A DNA stretch of 64,000 nucleotides, from contig OZ024740.1 of the NCBI GenBank assembly GCA_964016885.1, positions 317,068,001 to 317,132,000 on the forward strand. Reading direction: 5' to 3'. The position numbers and the translations under genes were made by a program. The stretch's first letter is position 1. Each line of letters starts with the position of its first letter. Below are positions 1 through 11,039 of the stretch, piece by piece. The notes below the pieces were generated by a model that was not told the DNA's origin, did no database searches, and saw nothing but the letters and a program-made list of their open reading frames with translations. Source of the DNA: Eledone cirrhosa. Its lineage: Eukaryota.

Positions 1-210
1 ATTTTGTTTCCTTCTATTCCATTTATATATATATATACATGTATATGCATATATATATACAATATATATACATATATATATACAATAATATTGCCAGAAT
101 TAATAACCAAACAGTGAGTGTGTTCTGTTATTAATTCTGGCAATATTATTACACAAATATGAACCTCCCCATACATATATATATATACATATATATACAT
201 ATATATATAT

Positions 211-549
211 ATCATCATTTCATTTTACGTCCGCTTTTTCCCTGCTTGCAAGGGTGGGACGCGAACTGATTCTGGCTTGATTTCTACAACTGGATGCCCT
301 TCCTAACACCAACCTCATATACAGTGAGTGCTGGGTGCTTTTTGGCCGTGGCACCTACACGACCACTTTGCAGTGGAATGATTTAGACCCCCAGTCCCTA
401 TCATCTCATTTTTACAGATGAGTAAACTGGAGCAATGTGAAATAAAGTGTCTTGCTCAAGGAAACAACACATCACCCGGTCTGAGAATTGAACTCACAAC
501 CTTTCGATTGCAAGGCTAATGCTCTAACCACTAAGCCATGTGCCTCCAT
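211..549 (-). mobile_element. tRNA-derived SINE with V-domain-like centre and RTE-LINE-derived 3' tail
   Basis: Reverse complement of 24537-24878. It has an A box TGGCTTAGTGG, a B box GTGAGTTCAATTC and CCTTGAGCAAGACACTT, then the tail TTGGTGTTAGGAAGGGCATCCAG...GATGAT shared with the RTE 3' end. Flanked by (TA)n. Confidence 0.85.
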
Positions 550-579
550 CATATATATATATATATGTATATATATATA

Positions 580-3500
580 CGAACGAGGTTGTAGAAATGC
601 TTGAACGCAAGGAGGTTGATGTTTGCTGTATCCAAGAGACCAGGTGGAGGGGTGGGTCTGCTAGATTCATTGTGGGTAAAAAACGCTGCTATAAGCTTTT
701 CTGGGTGGGAAATGACAATAGGCTAGGTGGGGTAGGAATCATGTTAGCAGAAAAATGGGTAGATAAGATAATAGACGTAAATAGAGTGAACGACAGAATA
801 ATTAAAATAAGACTTGTCCTAAATAGAACTACTGTGACAGTAATATCTGCATACGCACCCCAATCCGGACTGCCTGGCGTTATAAAAGACAGATTCTATG
901 AGACATTGATGCTCACGACCTCCCAAATAACCAACAGTGACTACATAATTATTGCTGGCGACCTAAATGGTCACGTAGGACAACATTGTGATGGCTATGA
1001 CGGAATCCATGGAGGCTATGGGTTTGGTACTAGAAATGAGGAAGGCGCCAGAATCCTGGAATTCTGTCACGCAAATAACCTAACTGTCTGTAACACTAAC
1101 TTAAAAAAACGAGAAAATCACTTGATCACCTATAGATCAGGGGAACACGCCAGTCAGATAGATTATATCCTTACCAGAAGACGTGACAGAGTGTCTGTTG
1201 TAAACACTAAATCCCTCCCCCATAAAGAATGCACCTCCCAACATACTCATAGTCAGCGACCTCGTAGTCAGGACAAGACGTACTCGACAACAGAGGAGGA
1301 CTATCCTCAGGAGAAAAATATGGAAGCTAAAGGACCCACAGCCAGTAATAAATTTAAAAGCATATTACTTGATGCTTTTGACAGTAAGGAAGAGCAATTA
1401 GAGTTGTACAATATAGAGGAACAGTGGGAATTCCTGAAAGCTAACCTGCTGAAGGCGGCAGATGATGTCTGTGGCTGGAGCAGGCCTATAGGCAGGAGGA
1501 GAGTAACGTGGTGGTGGAACAGTAAGGTGGAGGAGTCAATTAAGGCCAAAAAGCAGGCTTGGAAAGTATGGCGGGATGGGGGAAGTAGAGAAGACTATCA
1601 AGTGGCCAGGAGGGAAGCTAGGAGACAAGTGTACTTCGCAAGAAGGGAAGCAGAGGTAAGAAAGTTCAAGCATGTTCTACAATGCGAGGACCAAAAACGT
1701 GAGGTGTTCAGGATTGCTAGGCAATGTGTCAAGGAAAACAATGATATTGTCGGGGAGAAGTGTGTCCTTAATGATGATGGTGTACTTGCCATCACTGACG
1801 CTGATAAGAAGGTAGCTTGGAAGTGTCACTACGAAAGGCTACTAAATGAGGAGAATAAATGGGAGAAAGACAGTCTCCTCCACATCGATCCAATAGAGGG
1901 ACCAGCAGTGCTAGTTGAAGGTAGTATAATAAGTAAGGCAATCAAAGATATGAAGACGGGTAAGGCAGCTGGGCCTTCGGAAATAGTTGCTGAAATGCTA
2001 AAAGCATCTGGAACGGTGGGAAACACTATGGTCACCCGGATAGTAAACCAAGTCATACAGAATGGGGCCGTTCCGAAGGACTGGCGTAGCAGCATCATCA
2101 TTAACTGCTACAAGGGTAAAGGAGATGCCCTAGATAGGGGTAACTATAGAGGCATTAAATTAATCGACCAGGTCATGAAGGTCACAGAAAAAGTAATAGC
2201 GCAACTAATCAGAGAGCGAAATGATCTAGATGAAATGCAGTTCGGGTTTGTGTCAAAGTACCACAGATGCTCTTTTCATTGTATGAAAACTACAGGAGAA
2301 GTACCTTGCTAAAAGTAAACCCCTATACTTAGCTTTTGTTGACTTGGAGAAAGCCTTTGACAGAGTCCCCCGCTCCATTATGCGGTGGGCTCTTAGAAAA
2401 CTAGGTGTTGATGAATGGCTTGTGAGAGCTATACAAGCCATGTATAAAGAAACAGTCAGCAAGGTTAGAATTAACAACGAATATAGTGAAGAGTTTAGCG
2501 TAAAGGTTGGTGTTCATCAGGGCTCCGTCCTTAGCCCCCTCCTATTTATTATTGCCCTTCAGACTATAACAGAGGAGTTCAAGACCAGCTGCCCATGGGA
2601 ACTCCTATACACAGATGATCTAACACTCATAGCTGACTCAATGGCCGAACTAGAGAAGAAATTCCAAATATGAAAGCATGGCCTAGAATCAAAAGGCCTT
2701 AAAATTAACCTGTCTAAGACTAAAGTTCTAGTTTGTAGGAAGGAAAATAGGGCACCAGTCCCATCTGGGAAATGGCCATGCTCAGTGTGTAGGAAAGGAG
2801 TAGGCAGAAACTCCATTTTATGTCCCAAATGCAAATTATGGGTGCATAAAAGATGTAGTGGGATCACAGGAAAGCTAACTAAGAATATAGATTTTTATAT
2901 GTGGCCGATGCTCTGGTGCAATAAGTAGCAGCAAGTGCCCACAGAATACTAGCTCATTCCATTGCACAGATGGTTCTATAGAAATAGTGGACACCTTCCG
3001 TTACCTGGGTGACAAAATCAGCAGTGGTGGAGGGTGCTCCGAAAGTACAGTAGCTAGAGTCAGAACGGGATGGAAAAAGTTCAGAGAGCTTATACCACTA
3101 TTGGCCGCTAAAGGGTTCTCACTAAAAATGAAATGCAGGTTGTATGATGCCTGCATACGAACAGCAATGTTGCATGGCAGTGAGACCTGGGCATTGTGTG
3201 CAGAGGATATACGCAGACTGGAGAGGAACAAAGCTTGCATGCTCCGCTGGATTTGTAATAGTAATATACGTGAACGGCAAAGCATAAACTAACTAAGGGA
3301 GAAATTAGGAATAAGAGGGATCAGATGCTGTATACTCGAGAGAAGACTACGTTGGTATGGTCACGTGATGCGCATAAAAGACGACAGCTCTATAAAAAAG
3401 TGCAGGGCAATAAAAATAGACAGTAGCCACAGAGTAGGCAGACCCAGAAAAACCTGGGACTACTTGCTAAATTCCGACCTCACACATTTACACCTCTCCA

Positions 3501-3946
3501 AGACAATGTCACTGGACCGAGATCTTTGGCGAAACACAGTAATACAGAAGACCTGCCTTGCCTAAGTACAAAGCGAAACCTACAGTCAGTCGGCACCTCT
3601 AACAAAATACGCGCCGACCCCACTACCCCCACCCCATCCACACCACCCCTTCCAATGTAAAGTTATGTTGGTGCCACAGCATCCAGTCCGAAACAAATGA
3701 GGGCGTGTAGGTGTCACGACAAAAAAACACACAGTCCACACTGTAATGTGGCCGTGTAGGTAACACGGTAAAAACCTCCCAGTCCACACTGTAAACGTGG
3801 TTGGTGTTAGGAAGGGCATCCAGCCGTAGAAAACCCGCCAGACAGTCCTATACGAGCAAGACAACCAATCTTGCCTCAAGTGGGAAAATTCCCGTCCAAA
3901 CCCATGCTAGCGTGGAAGATGGACGTTAAACGATGATGATAATGAT
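580..3946 (+). mobile_element. RTE-clade LINE, slightly 5'-truncated and disrupted (APE endonuclease + RT + PHD finger)
   Basis: ORF pieces 540-2312, 2344-2673, 2987-3292 and 3365-3565 carry IQETRW, SAYAPQ, GDLNGH, IDYIL, NYRGIKL, DLEKAFD, QGSVLSP, YTDD and FRYLG. Several frameshifts and stops. 3' tail ...GGACGTTAAACGATGATGAT. Confidence 0.95.
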
Positions 3947-4033
3947 AGGTAAGTTATTCCGGGTTGAATCGGAGGTAACCACAGTAAGTAAGGTACTCAA
4001 TACATCGCAGAGTAAAAAGTATTAATATAGATG

Positions 4034-4084
4034 AGATTCTACAGGACTAGAACTGTTTCATTCTTTAGAAATCATCAGGAATCT
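4034..4084 (-). ncRNA. Type I hammerhead ribozyme motif (in a ~140-bp element, 3948-4087)
   Basis: Minus strand reads AGAUUC-CUGAUGA-UUUC UAAA GAAU-GAAA-CAG...CUG-UA|GAAUCU: perfect 6-bp stem I, intact core, stem III and a GUA cleavage triplet. Confidence 0.8.
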
Positions 4085-4142
4085 AGATATATATATCAAT
4101 GAAATTAATAAATGAAAACTGTATTTATAAAACCATATTTAT

Positions 4143-4197
4143 TCTATTATATATATTTCAAAGGTACCAAAACTTTGGTACGCTCTCATCAGATAAA
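4143..4197 (-). ncRNA. Minimal type I hammerhead ribozyme motif (element 4104-4345)
   Basis: Minus strand reads UUUAU-CUGAUGA-GAGC GUACCAAA GU UUUGGUAC CUUU-GAAA-UAUAUA-UA|AUAGA. Homologous to 24255-24318. Confidence 0.7.
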
Positions 4198-4406
4198 CTA
4201 CAAAGTTTGTTTTATAAATAGTGACGTCTGGTTTTATAAATATAGTTTACATTTATTAATATCATTGATATTATACTCCAGAAAAACTGTTGAGTGCTTC
4301 GAATCCCTTATAAATATATTTGTTGAATTATCAACAAATTAAATATCCCTTTTCTTATATATATCATCATATATATATATTGAAAACAAAGCAAGGTTTG
4401 ACATTA

Positions 4407-4480
4407 AGGTCTTTTACGACCGTTTCACAGATGGGTGGCTCAGGATCTATATAAATGCTATAGATCTGCTCATCAGACCT
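4407..4480 (-). ncRNA. Hammerhead-like motif, stem I imperfect
   Basis: Minus strand reads AGGU-CUGAUGA-GCAGAU...AUCUGU-GAAA-CGGUCG-UA|AAAGACCU. Core, stem II and short stem III are intact; stem I is offset. Confidence 0.55.
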
Positions 4481-4767
4481 GTTAAACAAAACCAAAATCT
4501 ACTGAACCACCTATTATATATTCTGCTATATAGTGTATATATATATATACCATTTATGTTGTGTGGTTTAGCAATGGGCAGAACTGGTCATTCTGGTTAG
4601 TAAACCATGATGTAAATATATATAGATTAATTTAATACATTTTCCTACATATTATTTGCTCTATATGTGTACAAAATACTATGTGTCTCAAAAGATATAT
4701 GCGTTTAAATTCAGCATGATGCAGTGTGTGACAAGGCTAGCCATTTGAATTAAAGGTACAGTCTAAC

Positions 4768-5110
4768 CACATGGCTTAGTGGTTAGAACATTGGGCTTAC
4801 AATTGTTACATTGTGAGTTTAATTCCTGTATCGGGTGATACATTGTATCCTTGAGCAAGACACTTTATTTCACGTTGCTCCAGTTTATTCAGCTGTAGAA
4901 ATGAGTTGCGACATCACTGGTATCAAGCTGTATTGGCCCTTGCTTTTCTCTTGGACAACATCGGTAGCATGAAGAGGGGAGACTGGTATGCATGGGGGAC
5001 TGCTGGTCTTTTACTAACAACCTTACTTGGACTTGTGTCTTGGAAGGGAAACTTCCTAAATGGAAATTCCATGGTCATTCATGACCAAAGGTGTCTTTAC
5101 TCTTTACCCT
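4768..5110 (+). mobile_element. tRNA-derived SINE (V-like centre, non-RTE tail)
   Basis: TGGCTTAGTGGTTAG A box, GTGAGTTTAATTCC B box and CCTTGAGCAAGACACTTTATTTCAC. The 3' part differs from that of the 24537 family. Confidence 0.7.
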
Positions 5111-6049
5111 ATCTGACAGGCTTCCAAACAGTTTCTGTATACTTAGTTTCACTTACAAGTCATGGTCAACTTGAGACTGGTAAATGATACTTGCCCAAAG
5201 TGCCATGTAGTGGGATCGAACTCAAGAGCTAATGATTACAAAGAGAACTCCTTAACTCTTTAGGTTATGCTTTATCTACATCACTCAAAAGAAACAAGGG
5301 ACCCAGGACTATGGTAAATGACACTTGCTCAAGATGCCATCTAGTGAAGTTGAGCCCAAAAGCTAATTACATCCACATTCTATTGATACAACCAGACTCT
5401 ATAAACTATATAGTCTGGTTGTATCAATATATTTTTAATCAGTGTAAAAATTCATCAATATTTTCTCACAAAAATTATGTAAATTTATTGTAATATTTCC
5501 TTTTATCTTCTGTAATTTTCAGCAACGATGTTATCTGAAAAGAATTCATTTTCATATTTGTCGCAACACTTTTTGTTTTGTTTTTAATCATCACTGTAGA
5601 AATCTAGTAATAATCTAATTGACTTTAGTAGTAATCTTATTTTGTTGAATGTTAGTCTCAACACATTTAATTAACAGTTGCCTGTTGGTGTTAAGTGCAT
5701 CATCATTATTTATAATTAACTTAAATAGACCTCTGTTATCTAGTCATTCAGCAGCCAGGTGTGGTCACTTTAGCTTCATATTGAATTCTATATTGAGAAA
5801 GATTGCTATCGATTTTGTTTATTTAATGGTAAAACATGCAATAACTAACAATCTTCCAACATGCATTGTTTTGTCATACATAAGTTGACTTTACTTCTGG
5901 CAGTGATGGTGATGGTGGTGCTACAACTTAGCCATATGGTCAGCCCTGGTTGAGCATTCAATCCATGACCATCCATATTTCTTTTTCTCAGGCATTGTGT
6001 ATCTTGAACTGCATTATCCAATGTGTCTCTTTACACTCTTCCTGACATA

Positions 6050-6250
6050 TTAAGGTTAGCTGAAAAGTTCATAGGCTGACCAAGATACTCTCATGTAATG
6101 ACCAAATGAGGTTTATTTTTTCAACATAGTCCCTGGAAAGAAATAATGTAGTTATTAATAAGAAGAGTTGAAATTAATGCATGCAAAATTTCACGGCTCT
6201 AGCATCACTCCTACATAGTCAGCCTATGAACTTTTCACTTGACTTACATA
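6050..6250. mobile_element. Mariner-type MITE
   Basis: Inverted repeats TGAAAAGTTCATAGGCTGAC / GTCAGCCTATGAACTTTTCA near TA ends. Second copy at 59328-59509. Confidence 0.8.
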
Positions 6251-7619
6251 TTTGTGTACTTTATTTACTTACTGGATATGGACTGACCAAACATTGTAGA
6301 ATTTCACAATCATGAGGTCCCAGCTTCAATCCCACTGTGTGGTATCTTGCACAAGTGTCTTTACATGGCCTCAGGTTGACCCAAGTTTTGGAGTAAAATT
6401 AGGTAGACAGAAACTGTTTAGAAGCCCATCAAATGGACTGCATCTGTAATTCAACAAGGCAGCCTTATTACACAGTGTAGCATTGGATTTCCCTGAAAAT
6501 TGTATTAAAGGTTAACAGTACATGATTCTGTAGAATATTCAGCCACTTCAAACTTCATGACTGAGACACTCATCATTGGAATTTTTTAAAACCCATTTAT
6601 TCAGTTAAGATTTTCAAACCTGAAATCAGTTTCTCAAAGAAGTCACTGTGGAAAAATGTAAAAAAAATATTAACCCTTCCATTTTCATATTTTATGTCTA
6701 GAATTTTGAAAATAAACAACAATTTGGAAATATTTAGAAATCTAACCAACTTTATTATTATTTATCTGATGTTTGGAACATAACTTAACAAAGGTACTTA
6801 CATAAAATTATAATGATGGCCGACTGAATATGCATATGTTTTTTTTTCTCAAATCTTTTCCCCCCCATTCTTTCCTCTTCTTACCCTCTTTCTTTCTATT
6901 TCATCTTTTATTTTTCATTCTATTTTCTGATGAAGGACTAGTGTCCGAGACATTTCAAATGTTAAACTAATGTATTTCTTTATTGTTATTTCTGTTTAAT
7001 TTTTACATACACACACACATTGTGAATAACTTGAAATAAAGAGAAGGTAAAATACCCAGGTACATGCTCTGCATGAAAACCAAGTGGTAATGTTGTTTCT
7101 GATATATTCAATAGAGAGAGTTAATTAAAATTTTGCGTCCTCAATAGGGAGGAGGCAATAACAATATATAAAAATAAAATAAAATATAACAAAAAATAAA
7201 ATTATAACAAAATCCTCAATAGAGAGGAGGCGCCTTGGGGGGTCGCACACACTCCCGAAAAAAGTGTGCAACCCTTCTCCTCAGGAGCACAGAGAGGGGG
7301 TGCTCCCTTGTTCCTTCCTCTTTTCCACCTACAGGCTTATGTAAAGAGAAGGCCCATTCACACGGGCCATTCTCGCCACTTTCACCCACCTTTCATAAAA
7401 ACGACTGGGGTGGAGCACCTCTCTCTCCATCCTGATCCTTCTTCCGAAATGATATCGGAAGAAACGGACCAGTTGTTGGCCAGAGAGAAAGGTGCCTGAC
7501 CTCAGTCCTTTCAGACGCGTCCACCATACAACTTCTTTCACCATGGCTATTACGCACAGAAACACCGCCTCTCCTTCATCTTTGAAGGGGGGAGGCGGCT
7601 TGATCATTACAATAGACTC

Positions 7620-7895
7620 GAATAAGATAGTTAGATAGATAGAGAGGGAATGTCTATGAGAATAAGATAGATAGATAGATGAGTATCTATGAGAATTAGA
7701 TTGATAGAGAGGTAGTATCTATGAGAATAGATAGAGAAGGAGTATCTATGAAAATAAGATAGATAGAGAGGGAGTGTCTATGAAAATAAGATAGATAGAG
7801 AGGGAGTGTCTATGAAAAGATAGAGAGGGAGTGTCAATGAGAATAAGATAGAGAAGGAGTATCTGAGAATAAGATAGAGGAGTACCTATGAGAAT
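7620..7895 (+). repeat. Purine-rich ~30-bp minisatellite
   Basis: About 9 degenerate units of GATAGAGAGGGAGTGTCTATGAGAATAAGATA. Confidence 0.8.
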
Positions 7896-8037
7896 TGCAT
7901 TTATCATAAAGGTTGATTAACGTGCAGAGAATAAAAACCTTTGTCAAAATCATCATCATCAATATGATCAGTGTATGGTAACAACTATTGGTGAAATAAT
8001 AAATAGCTCAACATAATTTTTGAATTCCATATCTCTA

Positions 8038-8550
8038 ACACACGTGGACGTGATTACAAAATCAGAAAACAGTACATCTCCCATGACTTTCAAACATTTT
8101 CACGCTCAGAGTTGCTGAAGCATGGAACAAACTACCTGCATCAGTTGTTAGCTGTCGGGACACTGCATCCTTGAACACTTCCATGCTTCCCGAAATTCGC
8201 AAACACTACACCTGATATTCCTCCTCCATACACACGCACGTATGTATCTGTGTATATATCATGACTTGTACACTGTTCAGGGCAGCGGATTGGCAGTATC
8301 AGTAAAAAGGTCGGACGCCATGCTTTGCAACAAAGAGTTATGGCCCTTTATGATCTGAGTTCAAATCCAGCCGAGATTAACTTTGCCTTTCATCCTTACG
8401 GGGTCGATAAAATAAAGTACCAGTAATGTACTGGGTAATTGCTGGCCTTGTGCCAAAAGTAGAACCAATTATTCTATGTACTATACATGGACCTTTGATT
8501 AGTTGTAGTGCACCTGAGCACTGTACACAATTTTCATTATCATCATTATA
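8038..8550 (+). mobile_element. CR1/L2-group LINE 3' fragment interrupted by a SINE
   Basis: Translates TRGRDYKIRKQ...FTLRVAEAWNKLPASVV (RGH..K...FF..RV...WN.LP motif) with one frameshift. The tail TTGTAGTGCACCTGAGCACTGTACACAAT also occurs at ~29560-29650. Confidence 0.75.
8279..8471 (+). mobile_element. tRNA-derived SINE with Meta-domain-like core
   Basis: B box GAGTTCAAATCC, core AACTTTGCCTTTCATCCTTACGGGGTCGATAAAATAAAGTACCAG and tail GGCCTTGTGCCAAAAGTAGAA. Related copies at ~13870-14092(-), 45700-45906(-), 48715-48898(-), 49300-49588(+) and 63062-63201(+). Confidence 0.8.
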
Positions 8551-8773
8551 ATGTTCACAGTCTCATTTGATTCTTTTGCTGATGAAGTACATGTAAAAAT
8601 TGAGTGAGTATCTTCAACTGAGTTGTCTGTATTTCTCTAAACCACTTCACTAATTTTCTTAAATCTCCTTCATTTGCACCAGTTATCTATACTGAATCTC
8701 ATCTAGAAAATCTCCTTCTCACCACATTTTGTTATTCTTACCAATTTATTGAACACTATAGTCAAGATAATAA

Positions 8774-9058
8774 TCTATATTGTAATAAGAGTGTTGTCTG
8801 TCATGCTCACTTTATATAGAGAGAGGGGAGTGCCAGGCAAGAGATATATACATAGAGAGAGAGCGAAAAGGAAATGCCATGTGTTTTCGAGGTGACAGAA
8901 AGAAGTAGATAGACAGAAAGTTATGACGTCGCCCCCATCTATATATAGAGAAGGGGGAGCACCAAGCAAGAGATGTGTACATAAATATATAGAGAGAGAG
9001 TGTGTGTATGTGTGTGAGAGAGAGACAAAAAGAAAGAGATGACGTCACTCTCATCTCG
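8774..9058 (+). mobile_element. Non-autonomous Helitron-like element
   Basis: Starts A|TCTATATTGTAATAAGAG and ends in a hairpin GAGATGA...TCATCTC followed by CTCG|T. Homologous to 14108-14403, which ends CTAG|T. Confidence 0.65.
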
Positions 9059-9924
9059 TAAAACTAATAGTTATCTAAAATAGTAACTTAATCGAACTGT
9101 TTCATTCTTGAATTCTCATAAAACCTGTGAACCTAAATGAAATTGATTCTTATAATTTGCTGATCTGAAAGATACTAAACTGGAATAATATAATGTAAAT
9201 CTCTTGTAGAATCTTATTTATTCAAATGATTTCCTACTTATAGTACTATCAAAAGATCTAAAAAAAAACCTAGTCTAAGATTCTATTCTATTGTTTTTTG
9301 TTTGTTTCTAGATATCCTAAAGCTTCATCAATTTCCTAATCAACAAACTTTCACTCAACAACCTTTCATATAAAGCTGTTGCTTCTCTCTCTCTATTCAA
9401 CTGTAATTCTCAACTTGTTGATCTACTGCCATTCCCATCTGAACTTGTTTAATATACACACCTCTCTTCCTCATCATACTGCCATTATGTCTTATCTCCA
9501 TACCTTAAAACTAAACATTACTTAATCTCCATTCTGTTAAATTATCCATGCCCCCTCCCGTTTCACTGTAACTAGTTAAATTGAATATTTACTATGTTCA
9601 TGTGATCTAGTTATGCTTAACAACCAGACTTGTGAAGGGTTAAAAAAATCAATAAGCGCTGTCCTTCCTCCTCAGACTAACAAAAACACAATTCATAATT
9701 GATTACGTTTATATAAGTTATTCACATGCACTAAACTTCCTCATTGGTTCTAGTTTGTGGCAACTGGCAGCTGGCAGCTTAACACACAATTGATGAATTG
9801 ATGATTGCAATATTTAGTTATATCCACCCACATCTAATTTTTTCACTGCTTAACAACCACAGTACATTACACAATTTTATATCAAATTACTTCGTTTCTC
9901 TTCCAAATGTATTGTTACTGTTTG

Positions 9925-10425
9925 GTGGTCATGTAAGTGTCACGGCATAAAGTACCCAGCCCACACTGTAAAGTGGTTATGTAAGGGTCACAACAAAAAG
10001 CACCCAACTCACACTGCATAGTGGTCATGTGGGGGTGACAACAAAAGTCACCCAGCCCACATTGTAAAGTGGTCATGTAGGTTGTGTTGATGTCACAACA
10101 TAAAGCACCCAGTCCACACTGTAAAGTGGTCATGTAGGTGTCAATAAAAAAAAATCACCCAGTCCACACACTGTAAAGTAGTCGTGTAGGTGTCATGTCA
10201 TAAAGCACCCGGCACACACTGTAAAGTGGTTGTGTAAGAGTCACGACAAAAAGCACACTGTAAATATGGTTGGCATTAGAAAGGGCATCCAACTGTAGAA
10301 ACCAAGCCAGAAACAGTTTTGTATGAGCAAGACACTGTCACCTGACCTGACTTGCCTCAAATAGGACAACCCGTCTAACCCATGCTAGCAGGGAAAAGGG
10401 TTGTTAAGCAATGATCATGATGATG
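9925..10425 (+). mobile_element. RTE-tail element with expanded 48-bp tandem unit
   Basis: About 7 units of GTGTCACGACAAAAAGCACCCAGTCCACACTGTAAAGTGGTCATGTAG, then the RTE 3' tail (GGGCATCCAACTGTAGAAA...CCCATGCTAGC...GATGATG). Confidence 0.8.
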
Positions 10426-10639
10426 AAACAGTTTCTCCCCATTAAAAGGAAATATACAGGCAACCACTTGAAGACTTTTAATGACAGTGATATCATCATC
10501 AGCATTATATTCTTGTGTGGGGGGGGGGGGGGGTCAAAGAGGTGAGCTCTTTGATTGTAAATCAAATTGAAAAAGTGATATTAATTGATACATGCAAAAG
10601 AGCTTACACTGTTAGTATAGATACATGATGTAGATACAA

Positions 10640-10975
10640 CATAACTGAATGTTTGGAAAGTTTGTTTCATGATCATTAAGTCCTGGGTTCAATCCCACGG
10701 CAGGACATCTTTGGCAAATGTAATTTACCATAGCCTTGGGTCCCCATGCCTTGTGAGTGACACTGAGTTGACAGAGACTGTTTGGAAGCCCATTGAATGG
10801 ATTGTATCTGTAATCCAAAGGGTCAGCCTTTTCACACAGTATGTCATGCTGAATCTCCCTGAGAATTATGTTGAGTACATGTGCTTGTGGAATTCTCAGC
10901 CCCTTTCTGTGTTAATTTCACGAGCAAGGTTGATTGGATGACTGGAACATTCATTGTTGAGACTGACAGATCCAT
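10640..10975 (+). mobile_element. Degenerate tRNA-derived SINE (third family)
   Basis: GGGTTCAATCCC B box and body TGTCATGCTGAATCTCCCTGAGAATTATGTT...CTCAGCC...GTTAATTTCACGAGCA. Shared with ~6280-6580, 35590-35710 and 58670-59050. Confidence 0.65.
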
Positions 10976-11039
10976 TCAGATGTTACAATCAAACAGGAAA
11001 TGCTGGCTGAAATGGTATTACAAGTTAGTAGAAGATATA

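Noticed and set aside
1307-3285. Minus-strand ORFs overlapping the RTE copies
   Set aside because: They are antisense shadows of the LINE ORF, recurring only because the element recurs.
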